From the human T2T-CHM13v2.0 reference genome, Homo sapiens, in the NCBI RefSeq assembly GCF_009914755.1, contig NC_060934.1: a stretch of DNA of 64,000 bases; one strand, given 5' to 3'. A program made the translations under genes and the position numbers. Of this stretch, positions 1 through 26,080 are shown piece after piece (position 1 is the first letter of the stretch; each line of letters begins with the position of its first letter). Below the pieces are notes generated by a model that saw only the letters and a list, made by a program, of their open reading frames with translations, searched no databases and was not told the origin of the DNA.

Positions 1-38
1 GTTTTGTTTTCACACATCTCAACTCTCCTTCTTCGCAG

Positions 39-11863
<11,825 letters not shown>

Positions 11864-12366
11864 GGACGCTTCCCCTTCCTTGTTTCTGCTCAGCCCAGAT
11901 GCACAGACACTATTGGCAATGTTGACCCTCCTCTGTCATCACAGCGCCAGGGCAGCTGTGCCTGGGACAGGAGCCACACAGTCAGAGGGGGATGTAAGAG
12001 CCACCTTCTCTGACAAATCTGGAGAATTGAGTGTGTTCTAAGTGAAGGCAATGGGGTTTCTCCAAGACAGCCTGTGTGGCCTCTACTCTGAACAAATACA
12101 CTGATGAGTCATCAGTGAAATTTGCCTTCACATTTTAAGAAAACTTTATCTTATGGAGTTATTTAAGCCATCTACAGAGCTGAGGAAACAGTGTAATGTG
12201 TCTCTGCCCCATTGCGCAGCTCCACCCATTGTGCCCCAGGCCAGCCCGCGTCACCTACACTTCCTTCTGTGCCCTGCCAGTGACCCCCAGGTTATTCTAA
12301 AGCAGAGTCCTTCCCTTCCCCCAGTGAGAAGGAAAATGGGATAAGTCTGGGACACTGTTTCAGTTC

Positions 12367-12372
12367 AATAAA
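12367..12372 (+). terminator. AKR1E2 polyadenylation signal AATAAA
   Basis: AATAAA ~500 nt after the stop, followed by a U-rich tract. Confidence 0.8.
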
Positions 12373-12407
12373 GAGGCTTTTTTCTTCCTTAAAAATCTGA
12401 ATTTTAA

Positions 12408-12545
<138 letters not shown>

Positions 12546-14152
12546 TAATTCCTAAATACTAGTTTTTAATACGGTCTTCTGATAAGTCAGATTATACCTG
12601 GGGAACCCCCATAGCGGAGATGAAATACAGCTCACTTTCTCACATCTGCTCATTCAGCCTGTTTAGATTCATGTATCAGAAGGAGGCCCTGCAGAGCATG
12701 GTGTTCACGCCCAGGCGTTGGTAGAGGGTGTGGGTTAATGGACTTCCTGTGGTCCAGACGCCATGATCCCTGTCTTTGCTGTCTGCTCAGTGAATCTGGC
12801 CTAGCTCCTGTGCCCTGGGATTCATACCGGATCTCCAGGGATATAACTTCTCAACTCACAGGCCCTTGGCTCCTATTCAAAATGAGTTAAGCCAGAAAGA
12901 AATTGATGTCTACTCCATGGTCTCTTCCCGCTTCTTGTGTCCCCCACATCAGCCTCCAAACAAGCCTCTCATTTCCTCCTCCCTCTGCATCAGGTTCAGG
13001 GAAGATATGGAGGTGTTGCCCAGTGGCTGAAGGGGACTGTTTGGGGACAGTTCCCCTCCACATCACTTCCCATTTTCACTCTATCACAAGCAGGCCAGCT
13101 GAGTCAGAGGTGTGGGTTCTGCAGATAAAAGTTGTGCTTTTCTAGCTCTGTGATCCTGAGCAGACTGCCTCACCTCCCAGCCTTCAGTGTCCTTGTCCAC
13201 TCAGTGGAGGAATTGCAGCACCTCCCGGTTGTGGAGACAGCATCTGGCCCAAGTTATGTTCTAGGAAGAATGCATTGTTACTGCGACCAGTATCATTGCC
13301 ATTGCCTCATTCCTCAGTTTCTCATCCACCTCCCTGCCCAGCCTTCCAGATGTGCAGGGATGTGTAGAAACCTTCTAGCTTGGCCTCAAGAGAGGACTTT
13401 GCTGCGGGTGTCACCAAAACGAAAAGACATGACTGGTGCAAGAGCTTCATGGGAGCCTCGCCCTAGTGGGGGTAGGATTGAGGGTGGGGTGTCATGGTTT
13501 GACCAAATTTCCAGGGAGAGTTTAATCAGAAGACTGTTTACAAAGGACTGAGGAAATGGGAGAGTCTCTTGACCTTCCTACGATCAGGCCCTGTCCACCA
13601 CCATGGACCTTTAATTTTTCCATGTTCGTGACTCCTTATCATTCATTAGCTGTGTGACTTTGTGCAAATTACTTAACCTTTTAAACCTTTAAACTCTTTG
13701 TCACTGTCTACCTAGAGGTGTTAGGATTCAGTGGCATAGTGCCATGCAGCAGGTGACACAGTCATCTGCATGTAGCACTCTTGTGAACACATGCGTGTGT
13801 AGGTGTGTGACTTGTATTTTATCTCCCACAGAGTCAAAAATCTAACTGCTATTTTGTGAATTTTCCTTGTCACTTATACTTAAACCATTGTTCATTGACC
13901 TTAAAAGTAGAGAGTAGAATGGTGGTTACCAGAGGCTGGGGAGGGCAGGGGTGGATGGCTGATGAGGAGAGGTTGGTCAGCAAGGACACAGTTGCAGTTG
14001 GGAGGAATGAGTCTCAGCGCTCCATTGCACAGTAGCGTGAGTTGGTTAACAGTAATACGTCAGGTGTCTCACGATAGCTGGCCAATGAGGATCCACTACG
14101 TTATTTGCATTTCATGGATTTACTTCCAGCCGGCATGAAAACTGAGTGAAGC

Positions 14153-14171
14153 TGGCCACCAGGTGGCGCTG
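14153..14171 (+). promoter_or_regulatory. CTCF core motif TGGCCACCAGGTGGCGCTG
   Basis: Near-perfect match to the CTCF consensus TGGCCACCAGGGGGCGCTA; octamer ATTTGCAT at 14103-14110. Confidence 0.75.
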
Positions 14172-17099
14172 GGAAGCACTTAATGGTCCAGTGCATCTGC
14201 GGCTCTTAACAGGAGATGGCAGCCTTTTACTGTCTTTGATTTTAAGACCTCTTCAACTTTGTACAATCACAGTGAGGAAGGAAACAATGGATAGCAAAAA
14301 TAGGCAAACACTGGGCAACTGCAAAGCTTAAAAAGTTTCACAGAAGTTACGCAGCCTCGTTCTTGAGCAGTATTTCCCAGTTCCCTTTTCAGATGGTAAT
14401 TGATAACCCGGCCCCTCTTGTCTGTTCATTCTGAGTGGAGCTGACAAGCCCTCCCCTTCTTTGGTTCCCTGCTTTTCTCTAGGGAATGTGACTTCTGTGT
14501 AAGTTCTTCCCCACTCTGGGGCCTGGAGACCAAGGTCCACAGAGGAGGTGTAAACGTGTGCCCTTAAGGGACCCTCTGCGTCAAATGATTGTGGGCATCT
14601 CTCCTGACTTTAAGACTGGGAGATACTCAGATACTCGTTTCAGTAGCTGCTTCTCCTCATTGGCACTTTCGTATTTTATTTGAATGGAAAATCCAAGGAT
14701 AAGTGGTAATCAAAGGCTTAAAAAGCTGGAAACAGATTCGGGAGGTGTGGATGGGCATCAAATGGGCATCGAGGAGCAAGAGACCTTGGGGAGGATGGCA
14801 GGGCCTCGCTGACTGATGGCAGTTTATGTTTGATTGTTTTGAGAAACTGCCAACTGTTTCCCAAAGTGCACAGGCTTACAGTCGCATCAGCAATGTGCGA
14901 GGTTCCGGTTTCTCCACACCCTCGCCAGCATTAGTTTTGGTCTGCCCCTGTTGTTGTTACAGCTGTTTTAGTGGGTGTTCAATGGTGTCTCATTGTGGAT
15001 TTCATTACAATTCCTTACTGCCTAATGATCTGAGCATCTTTTCACGTGCTTATTGGCCATTTGTATGTCTTTGGTGAAATCCCCCATGGCATTCCTATGA
15101 GTTCACTGTGGGTGCCGCAGGGTGACTATGTGCACAATCTTGGAACTGTGCATTTAGACACTATTTATTAGTTCCCAACTTTAATCAATGATAAAATTCG
15201 CATTTTAGCACGTTTATTTCTCCATCTTTTCTCTTTCTTCCATTTCTCCTTTTCTTCACACAGACATCTAATATGCACCTTAAACTTTATGTGTCTAAAA
15301 CAATGCTTCAAGCTCAACCCCAGCTCTCCAACAAGCTTTCTTTATTGTTATTCCTTAGTTATAAAGATGAGGGAGACTTGGTCTTGCCCTTAAACACCCA
15401 AGTTGAAATGGGAGAGGCACGCATGTGGAGGCGATCACAGAACAGTGACATGTGATGTGACCAGCTCTGGCTGGGTTTGGGCACATTTTCATTTTATATC
15501 ATGAAATTGATCAAGACCCTGTGTCTTCATTGTGTTCCTTTTTCTTGTTATGCAGCATATTTTCACAGGACTGAATTCTTTTACGTATCCATACACTGGG
15601 GCAAATCAACTATCCAGACCTAGGTTAGCAACATTAGATGATGTGACATCCACCATACTGTGGTCATTGTCACTCCCGGTTGGATTCTGCTCTGGGCAGA
15701 GAGGGCTAATGGGCGTGACTCTAGGCCCAGTTTCCATAGCCTGGCAGTCCTCACTAGGAGGCTAGAGCTGGACTGGAAGCCTGTCTTCACCAACTGGTTT
15801 CTGGTACTTTGAACACATGGAGAACAAGGAAAACTACAATTTTTAATGTGCACTTCTGTCACGTATCGCCTCTGCCACTTAGAATTATATCCATGCTCCA
15901 ACACCAATCCCTCCCTAACATTAGCTAGTACTAACTCGATGCTTTCTGTGTGCCAGGTACTATTCTATAAGTATGTTACAGGTTTTAACTCAATCTTCAC
16001 AGAAAGGTAGGATTTACCATTATTTCTGTTTTATAAATGAAATAACCAAGGAATAGAGAAGTTAAGTAAATTACCCGCAAATACCCAGCTAGTAAAGTGA
16101 TGTAAGTAGAATTTGACTCGGGAAATCTGGCTTCAGAGGCTGGGCTTTTAATTACATACCATGTGGGAAACAGTTAACTAGGTACTCTTTCTCTTGGAAT
16201 TAATCTTTTTAAACTATGTAAATAAGAGGGTGAGACTTTTGGTGTTGATTCCCGAGAAGATAGGACACATTCCACCCCACAGGACTGGCATGTGGCCCAG
16301 TGACAGTGCCAGACCCTTTGAACACACAGCTCCATTCCATGTGACGCCAGTGGAAAATCAAACATTTCTTGGCAGTATTGACGAGTATTTGGATGAAAGA
16401 AACAGAAGAGCTCATTAAACCTGCAAAACTCTATTCCAATGGTGACCAGCATTACTTCACCTGGGAAATCATTGAAAAACAATTACTGTGAGACTGGATT
16501 GGTGAGTCACACGAGTTCAAGCCATTATATGCTTAATTTACTTCCAGCCCTGATTTTAAACAGAGGCGGTATATTTAAATCAGAAGGAGATACGGAAACA
16601 GCAATTTCTTGGCTAGAAAAATCAGCATCTCTAGGGGGAAGTGGAAAATTCTCAAAGAGCTGAAGAGCATGAAAAAGGCTCCTTCTCTTGTCAAGATAGA
16701 TCACGGCCCTCATTAGTGAAGAAGATTCTGCAGGCACAAAGGGCCCTGAACAAATGCTGGGCAACAACAGAAACTGTGGTGCGATTAATTCTTGTAAAAT
16801 AATAAGACAGAAATAGCTCCATCAATGGAAGGAGAATACAGTTAGCTAGAGACTACCCAAAGGAAGAGAATCTCTGAAATTAAGTTAGATTAAGTGGGAT
16901 TGAGTTGTGACAGCTGCAGGGACCTTCACCACTGTGCCACCCCACCTGGTGTCTAATGAATTTACGCTGAAGCAGGTTAGGACAATTTGCAAGCAGAAAA
17001 TACAACAGAGATGGATGGGCAAGGTCTGCTGGAATTGCTGCTGCTTTTTTATTTTCATTTTATTTTGTTGTTGTTGTTCTAAAAATATTTTATTCTTTT

Positions 17100-17255
17100 T
17101 TTTGGCTTACACGGCAGAAATCCATTTTCTCACAGTTTTAGAGGCTAGAAGTCTAGGGTCAAGGTGTTAACAGATTTGGTTTCTTCTGAGGCCTCTCTCC
17201 AGGACTTTTCCTTCTGTGTCCTCACATGGTCTTCCTTCTGTGTGTGTCTGTGACC
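17100..17255. mobile_element. MLT1 (MaLR) LTR fragment
   Basis: ttctcacagttttagaggctagaagtc...aaggtg...tcttctgaggcctctctc. Confidence 0.6.
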
Positions 17256-17763
17256 TTGAGGGATATTTTAAAGCTGAAGAGATAAAAGAGGTTGTGGGGC
17301 TATGTCTTAAGACAAAAGAACATTTAGAAAACCTCAGGAAATGATCAGAGTGGGATAGATGTTACTAGAAGAAACAAAGAAATTGAATTCAATTAGGAGT
17401 TAGAATCATTTACAAAGCAATGGGGAAAGTAAGCCCCTAAAAACTATTGTAGCATATAGTAACCAGAGCCAAACTCTCATAATATATTCCCCAAGGCAAA
17501 AGAAAAATATTTACAAGATTGGCGTTGTTTTATATGTTTGCAAACTTATTTAATAAGTCTGGCTTTGTAGATTTCATATCTGAGTCTGCATTCAATCAAA
17601 ATGTCTTGGCTAAACTTCATGAAAAAACCCCAGCCTCATAAATTAGTAGTTGGAAAAAGGAGGCATATTTAGAGCTTTTTCAGATAATTGTATTTCTTTG
17701 ATACATTAGACTGGACACACAGTAGTTTGTTTAAGGTTAATTGCAATATTGCAATGAGGAACT

Positions 17764-18004
17764 TGTTGCCAAAAAAAAAAAAAAACCCAAACTCTGTAAA
17801 ATATCTGAAGAGATTGATTCTAAGCCAAATATGAGAACCATGACCCATGACACAGCCTCAGGAGATCCTGAGGACATGTGCCCATTGTGGTCTGGTTACA
17901 GCTTAGTTTTATATGTTTTAGGGAGACATAAGACACCAATCCGTATAAGTGAGATAGACTTTGGTTTGGTCTGGAAACATGGAACAACTGAAAGTGGGGA
18001 CAAC
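17764..18004 (-). mobile_element. MER4-group LTR fragment
   Basis: gagccaaatatgag...catgacacagcctcaggagatcctgaggacatgtgccc-type signature; truncated at the MER41 insertion. Confidence 0.7.
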
Positions 18005-18840
<836 letters not shown>

Positions 18841-21210
18841 TCTTTCTTGTGACCACTGAAGGGACTATAGTGAGGAACCCCCCGCCCCGACCCAGAGGCT
18901 AACTTTGGGTAAGTGGTGGGTGGGGTCCAGTAACATTTTTCTCATGAACCACAAAAGGGCTGATACTGAGGAGACCTCCCACCCAAAGGAAATAGACTAC
19001 AGCAGTGATCAGCGGACTTTGGGTAAGTGGGGTGTGTATACCCAGGTAAAGAATGGGATTTGGTAGCAGGCCTAACTTAGGGGAGTTAGGGTCTCTCCTA
19101 AGACAGAGTAGGTTAGAGGCCCCTCTTCATAAAAGGCAAGGACACTTGACTGACCTTGGGTTAGAGGCCCAACTAAGGAGGGTTAGAGGCCCCTCTGGGT
19201 AAAGTCTCTTTCGGCTAAGAATGGGTTTGGCACTATGGGATGTTAACTGCTATTGTCTTTGGAATAATCTGCCTTGCCCTCTTTGCTGATGGCTATGGGT
19301 GACAGGATTAGACATGTACAGGATCATGGGACATGGGGAGCTTTTTCCTCCCTAAGAAGGGAAACTTGAGAGCTGATGGGACTGCTGGAAAAGATCGCTT
19401 CATGACCACAAGTTGCCACCTGAACTTTTCAGTGTAGCTGCCTTTGGGTGGGTCTTTCTCTGTCCTCCCTGAGCACCTTGCCTTTCCCACCCTGCCTCAG
19501 GCAGTGCTTCACCATCCCTGCAAATGGGTTGAATGAATGGTAAAAATAACTGTTTATCTTCTCTTCTTTGTAAAGTGTTGATTAATGGAAAAAAGGATTT
19601 GTGAGGCTAGTCATAAGTTGGGGCAAATCTGATGTGCTTTGTGTGTCTTTCTGTATTGTTCTGTCATAAGGAGGAGTATCTTAGAATAGAATATGGGCTT
19701 AGGACAGCTATACACCTGCTGTTCAAGATGGCCAAGCAGACGTGTCAGTTATAAACTTTGCTGCAGGTCCCAGAAAAAAACCGGATGAGGTTTCCCCCTT
19801 GTCTTGTGTGTCCTTGCGAGCTTGACCTTGTAACCATGTGGCAGTACTTTCTCTTGGTTTCTGCCATCACAATGGCAGCCCAGGTTCAGGTCCAATTCCT
19901 GGCTTAGGGAATGAGTCCTTTATCTTCTCTCTGTCTGTATTTGTATGTGTTGTGCGTGTAATGTTTACATACGAAAGAGCTTTAATTTATTGGCTTAAAA
20001 AGAATAAGAGCTTAAATCAAACATTTTGTCAGAAAAATAAAAAGTGTAATGCCTTTTAGTTCATGTGACTTAAGTAATCTTTGGGAAATAAAGACAGTTT
20101 TAAAGATTATTGGTAAAATAAATACATTTGGTCTAAATTAGGCAGGTCAAATATTAGGTTTGCTAAATGCTTTAAGGGCATAAACTGCTTCTTAGACTTT
20201 TGAAAATTGTTCAATTTACCTAGTTCGGAGCATTCGATTCTAGATAAGGCCTGGGGACATGTGGAGAGCCATGCCCCCTAGCTGTGCAGGAAACAGTCAG
20301 CCCTTACCTGAACTTCTGTCTGCTGTCCTAGCCTGCACACCTAGTACAAAATTAAAATCCCAAACTTACCAAGGTTTTTCACCAAAAGTAAAAGTCGCTT
20401 AGAGTTAACAGTGTAACATATATTTGAGACTACTGGAGAAACTGTTCTACATGCAAGGTATGTAAAGAAAGTAGAATATGTTTTTGGTAAAAGACTATAG
20501 GAAGTCATGGGAATGTAGATTTTTCTGCTAAAGGGTTAAATAATTGTCTTAAGTTAGAGTAAAGCTGAAGGTTTAAGCTAGTCGTGGAAGGTTTGTGAAA
20601 AATTAATCCTGTAAAAGAAATTCTGTTTGTGAACATATTGGCTAAAGTTAAAGGGGTATTATCTAGCTTTTTGTAGACTGAATATTGGAATAAAAGCACA
20701 ACAGGTTTTTCTTAGAGCAAAAACCTGCTTATGACCTGCTCTTTAACAAAAATTATAAAGGGTTATAAAAGCTTTATAAGAATCTTACCTTATGGTCAAA
20801 GTGAATACGATTGGATACATTTATCTATAAGGTTTTATTAAGAATTAGGTCTGACATCAATAATGCACTAATGCAACAGTGACAGTTGACTTATTTGGTA
20901 TAAAAGTCATACAGGAAGCATTGTCAAATATGAAATGGTGTTTGATTTTCTTTCAGGTGTGTTTGTATAAATGTATTATTAGTATATGTTCCAAAATTAT
21001 GGGAAACTGCTATAATTCTGATATGACTTAGTGTATGTTATTAATACACTAGTTGTTACATAAAATCATTCCATGGCACAGAGGTAACCAAATTTCTTTG
21101 TCAATTATGTTTTTGACTGTAACTGTCCTGAGACTTTTGTCATCCATGGACAATTTTTGCCTTGTTTTGGTCCTCTTTAGAAGATGGTTTATAATCAACT
21201 GTAGAACTCT
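18841..21210 (+). mobile_element. MER41-int internal sequence, 3'-truncated
   Basis: PBS-like gtgaccactgaagggac directly after the LTR, repeated actttgggtaagtgg donors, MER4-group AT-rich internal sequence; no 3' LTR found. Confidence 0.75.
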
Positions 21211-21532
21211 ACTGTTCGGTGGTATTAAGTACATTCACATTGTTGTGCAACCATCACCATCATCCGCTTCCAGAGTATTTTCATCTTCTCCAGCTGAAAC
21301 TCTCTACTTATTAAACAATAACTCCCCATTCCCTCCTCCTCCAACCCCTGGCAACCACAAGTCTACTTTCTTGATCTATACATTTGACTCCTCTAGGGAC
21401 CTCATATAGGTAGAATCACACAATATTTGCCTTTTTATGCCTGGCTTATTTCACTTACCATATTGTTTTCAAGACTCATCCATAATTCATTAGTTCACAT
21501 TGCGTGGCTGTACCAAAACATCTTATGTACCC

Positions 21533-21962
21533 TGATATGGTTTGGATCTGTTTCCCCACCCAAATCTCATGTTCAATTGTAATCCCCAGTGTTGGAGGTA
21601 AAACCTGGTGGGAGGTGATTGGATCATGGGGTTGGAGTTCTCATGAATGGTTTAACACCATCCCCCACTTGGTACTGTATAGTGAATGAGTTCTCATAAG
21701 ATCTAGTTATCTAAAAGTGTGTAGTACCCCCCACACACACATCTTCTCTGTCTTCCTCATGCTCCAACAATGTGAAGTGCCCCTCCCTCTTTCCCATCTG
21801 CCATGATTGTAAGTTTCCTGAAGCTTCCCCAGAAGTTGAGCAGATGCCAGCATCATGCTTTCTATACAGCCTGTGGAACTGTGAGCCAGTTAAACCTCTT
21901 TTCTTTGTAAATTACCCAGTCTCAGGTATTTCTTTATAGCAATGCAAGAACAGACTAATACG
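21533..21962 (+). mobile_element. MST (MSTA-like) LTR nested in a short L1 3' end
   Basis: tgatatggtttggatctg...cagactaatac termini. Confidence 0.85.
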
Positions 21963-23141
21963 TACTCCATAAATATATATACCCGCTATATGCCCACAGA
22001 AATTAAAAATAAAAATAAAAATTTTTAAAAAGATTCATCCATGATTCAGTATTGGTAGGTTATGTGTTTCTATGGATTTGTTCATTTTATCTAGGTTATC
22101 TAACTTGCTGGCATACAACTTTTTACACTACTCTCTCATACTTTTTTTTATTTAAATGAGTTTTTAAATTTCTGATTTCAGTTGAGTCTTATCATTTTTT
22201 AATTTTCTTAGTAAAGCAAGCTAAATGTTTTTCAATTTTGTTGACCTTTTTTGAAGAACCAACTCATTGTTTCATTGTTGTTTATTTCTACCTTTGTAAA
22301 TATTTTCTATTTTATATATCTCTTCTCTTGTCTTTATTATTTCCTTCCTTCTGTTAGATTCGGTTTCGTTCTTTTTCTAGTTCCTTAGGATGTAAAGTTA
22401 GTTTGTTGATTTTACCATGTTAGTTTTAATATAAATATTATCTATGTTGTCAATTTCTTTCATTGACATTTCAGGAAAACGAGTCAAAATGAGTCATACT
22501 TATTCTTTGACTTTGTTTGACGTAGCTCATAGTGTTAACTACTCCAGGGAAACAAATTTGAGAAGATCAATTTTAGGCCATTTGAAAATTGGAGTCAGTA
22601 AGCATATGAGTAGATCTTACATATATGAAGAAAAAAAGGAAAGTTGGGTACTGTTTTTATATAGACCCACTCATTTATTTCTTCATTCATTCATTCATTC
22701 ATTCATTGAGCCTACAGCAGGCTGAATCCTATATTCCCCATTAAAAATGAATAGATGAATTGTCTTTGGTCTTTACCACAATATTAAATGGTGGAGATAG
22801 TCATGTAAGCAAATAATTATTTCAATGCAATTGGTGCTTCAATTGAGGTAACACAAGTTAGCATAGAACTACAGAGAGAAAGTGTGTGGAAGATCAGGCC
22901 AGGGTGGTGGAGACATTTTAGATGAATGCCTAAGGTTCAATAGAAAGACTGCCCAAGACGAGAGGAATATTTCAGGCAGCTTTTACAATGTTCTATATGG
23001 TGTTTCAAGGTGGAAAGAAGGCATGCACTAGGGGAGTAGCAATTCGTCGGCACAACCAGAGACTAGAATGCATGGAGATGAGTGGTGGAAGATGAGGCTG
23101 AAAAGGTGGGTAGAAATCAGATCACTTTAAACACATACTAA

Positions 23142-23450
<309 letters not shown>

Positions 23451-24618
23451 AGGAATTTGGATTTTATCAACGAGATCATGTATGGTCTTTGAAGTTTTGT
23501 CACAATTTATTCATTTATTTCACCCACATAAATTGAATCCCAATGTGTTAGTCTATGTATTGGGTTTAGGATACAAATATGAATGAAGCATCGTTTCTAT
23601 TCTCAACTCTGTCAGTTGAAACACAACAAATATCAGGCACAACAAATGGAAAATGAAACGTTGAGTGTGATATGTGCTACGACTACATTCGGTACCAGAG
23701 GCCAAGAGGCAGGGAGGAAGACATGGCACAGGATATACTGGATATAAGATAAGACATTGAGTAGTTATTTGATATGTGAGAGAAAGAAAAACAGTCAGAA
23801 ATGCAAACAAAATCATGAGGCCTGGAAGAACACTATGGTCTTAAAAAGCAACAGTTTTTCCCCTCTGGCTAGAATTAGCATAGGAAAAGGAGAGGTGAGG
23901 CTAAAGATCTAAGTGTGGGGATACAATTCTGCCCGCACTTCTCATATTTCTGCCAATTCTGGGTTTTCTGAGCAAAGGCATTTACAGCCATTGTATGAGG
24001 TGAAATTCCAGGAAAGTGAAGAATAGGGTCAGATCTCTCTTTAGATATCTTAAGGTAAAAAGAGGAAGACTGTCCTTCCTTTCTCTGAAAAAGAATGGCT
24101 TACGTTACATGAGTGATCTCTCTCTGGAGAGGAGAATAGACAGGTCAGCAGTGGCTCTGTGTAAGATCAGAATTTTCTAATTTTGTGGTGTCTCCCTTAG
24201 AATGCACTCCATGCATGTGCAGGTGCCATTTGGCCCTCATGGAGTTGACCTGTGGGAATTGGGGATCGAGGCACCAGATGGGGCTCTGGCTGCTGCTTTT
24301 GAAGAGTAGTGAGCCATCTTAGCTCCTGAGGCAGGGCCCTTGTGTCTTCCGCCAGTGTCTGTCTATCTATTGTCAGCAAGTATGACTGTCAGGAGCTGAC
24401 TATTATATTTCTACTGGGGCAAAAACCTCAGATCCTTTCCAGTTCCTGATTTAACAGTTGGCAAGGCCTACACTATCCCCCCATGTTCCAGGCCAGTGAA
24501 TTTAAACTTTAACTGACAGGAAATCTTTACAGAGATAAGTCATGATATTGGATTTGTGTTTTTAAAATAATGAGTTAGAGGCTGGGGGTAGAAGATGAGT
24601 CCATAGGGCACTAGGCAC

Positions 24619-24785
24619 CTTTGAGGTCAAGAATATGTCTTCTCTCTTCACGGTGCCATTGCAATCTTCTGACAAATAGCCCATCCAACTGCTTCTTCGT
24701 TTTTATAGACAGAAGCTGAATCTATGTGGCAAGAGCCAGTTTTGATAGCTGTTGTGATGGACTCTTCATACTCTCTCTGAGGAAC
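24619..24785 (-). pseudogene. Orphan AKR1C-family exon 2 remnant (167 nt, 1-nt frameshift)
   Basis: aAG|VPQREYEESITTAIKTGSCHIDSASVYKNEEAVGWAICQKIA-fs-GTVKREDIFLTSK|GTgcct; colinear with the 168-nt AKR1C exon 2. Confidence 0.9.
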
Positions 24786-25624
24786 CTTTATGACCAAGGA
24801 CAGCATTGTTGTCCTGTCTGATTCACACAAGGGGAACCTCATAGTGGCTGCCAACTTTTTTGATTGCACCTCTATCAGTAAAGCTTTTTGAATTTGCATA
24901 GAAATATATCCATGTTTATTGATTTATTACTATATGAATGTACTGCTTTACTAATACGATGTATACATTATTAAATACTCTTAGAGCATCTGAAGATTAA
25001 ATTTAAAAATCGAAAAATAAGAGCTTTATTAATAACCCAAACTCTGTGCTCTCTCTAATATATTGTGATTAATACCAAATTCTTTTCAAAGCAATGGTAT
25101 GAATATGCTTTATTGGCTTTTTTTGTTGGTCCTTCTTGATTTAATGCTTTTTGACCTAGAAATGTGAACCTTGGGATTCTACATTCAGTTTAATTTGAAA
25201 TACGGTTTTCATGGCAGTCAACTGCAGCTAAGGATGCCTCATAGAGATGCTTCGATGCACATAGGGGAAGTCCGTCTTTGGGTCCTCTTCATAAATCATG
25301 GTATGGTTTTCTCAGTCCCCTTTGCCATTTGTATAATTTTTGAAATTTGACCAGTACATTATAATCTCCTCTGATATGCTCTTGGTATGTAATTGTAATC
25401 AATCAGGCTCAAAACTTACAAAACATTTTATTTGGAAGATTTTTAAACAGATTAAAACACTCTATCCAAAACTTTTAAAGTGTTCAGGAAATTTTTGTAG
25501 GTGCCACACTTCTATCATTTTAACAACAAAATCTCACAGTGACAGAAATATTTTCGGACATCTATTTCAACCTTAAGAAAGAAGATTTAATGTGTTATTT
25601 AATTAAAAAAACTCTAAAAACTAA

Positions 25625-25997
<373 letters not shown>

Positions 25998-26080
25998 AAT
26001 ATGTCTTTATAGTCAAAAATTCTTTGAAATAATTTACCATAGATAAGTGAACTTTTTGTGTGTGGCCTAAAAGATATATT

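Noticed and set aside
14287-14331. ATG...MDSKNRQTL resembling the AKR1C N-terminus MDSK
   Set aside because: No LNDG/MPVLGFGT motif or splice donor follows; chance match
23930-24000. ccaattctggg 11-mer shared with AKR1C6P exon 3 (PEL), a possible exon 3 of the orphan relic
   Set aside because: Flanking sequence does not align convincingly by eye and there are no usable splice sites
25200-25330. Possible degenerate exon 1 of the orphan AKR1C relic
   Set aside because: Similarity too weak to support without an alignment
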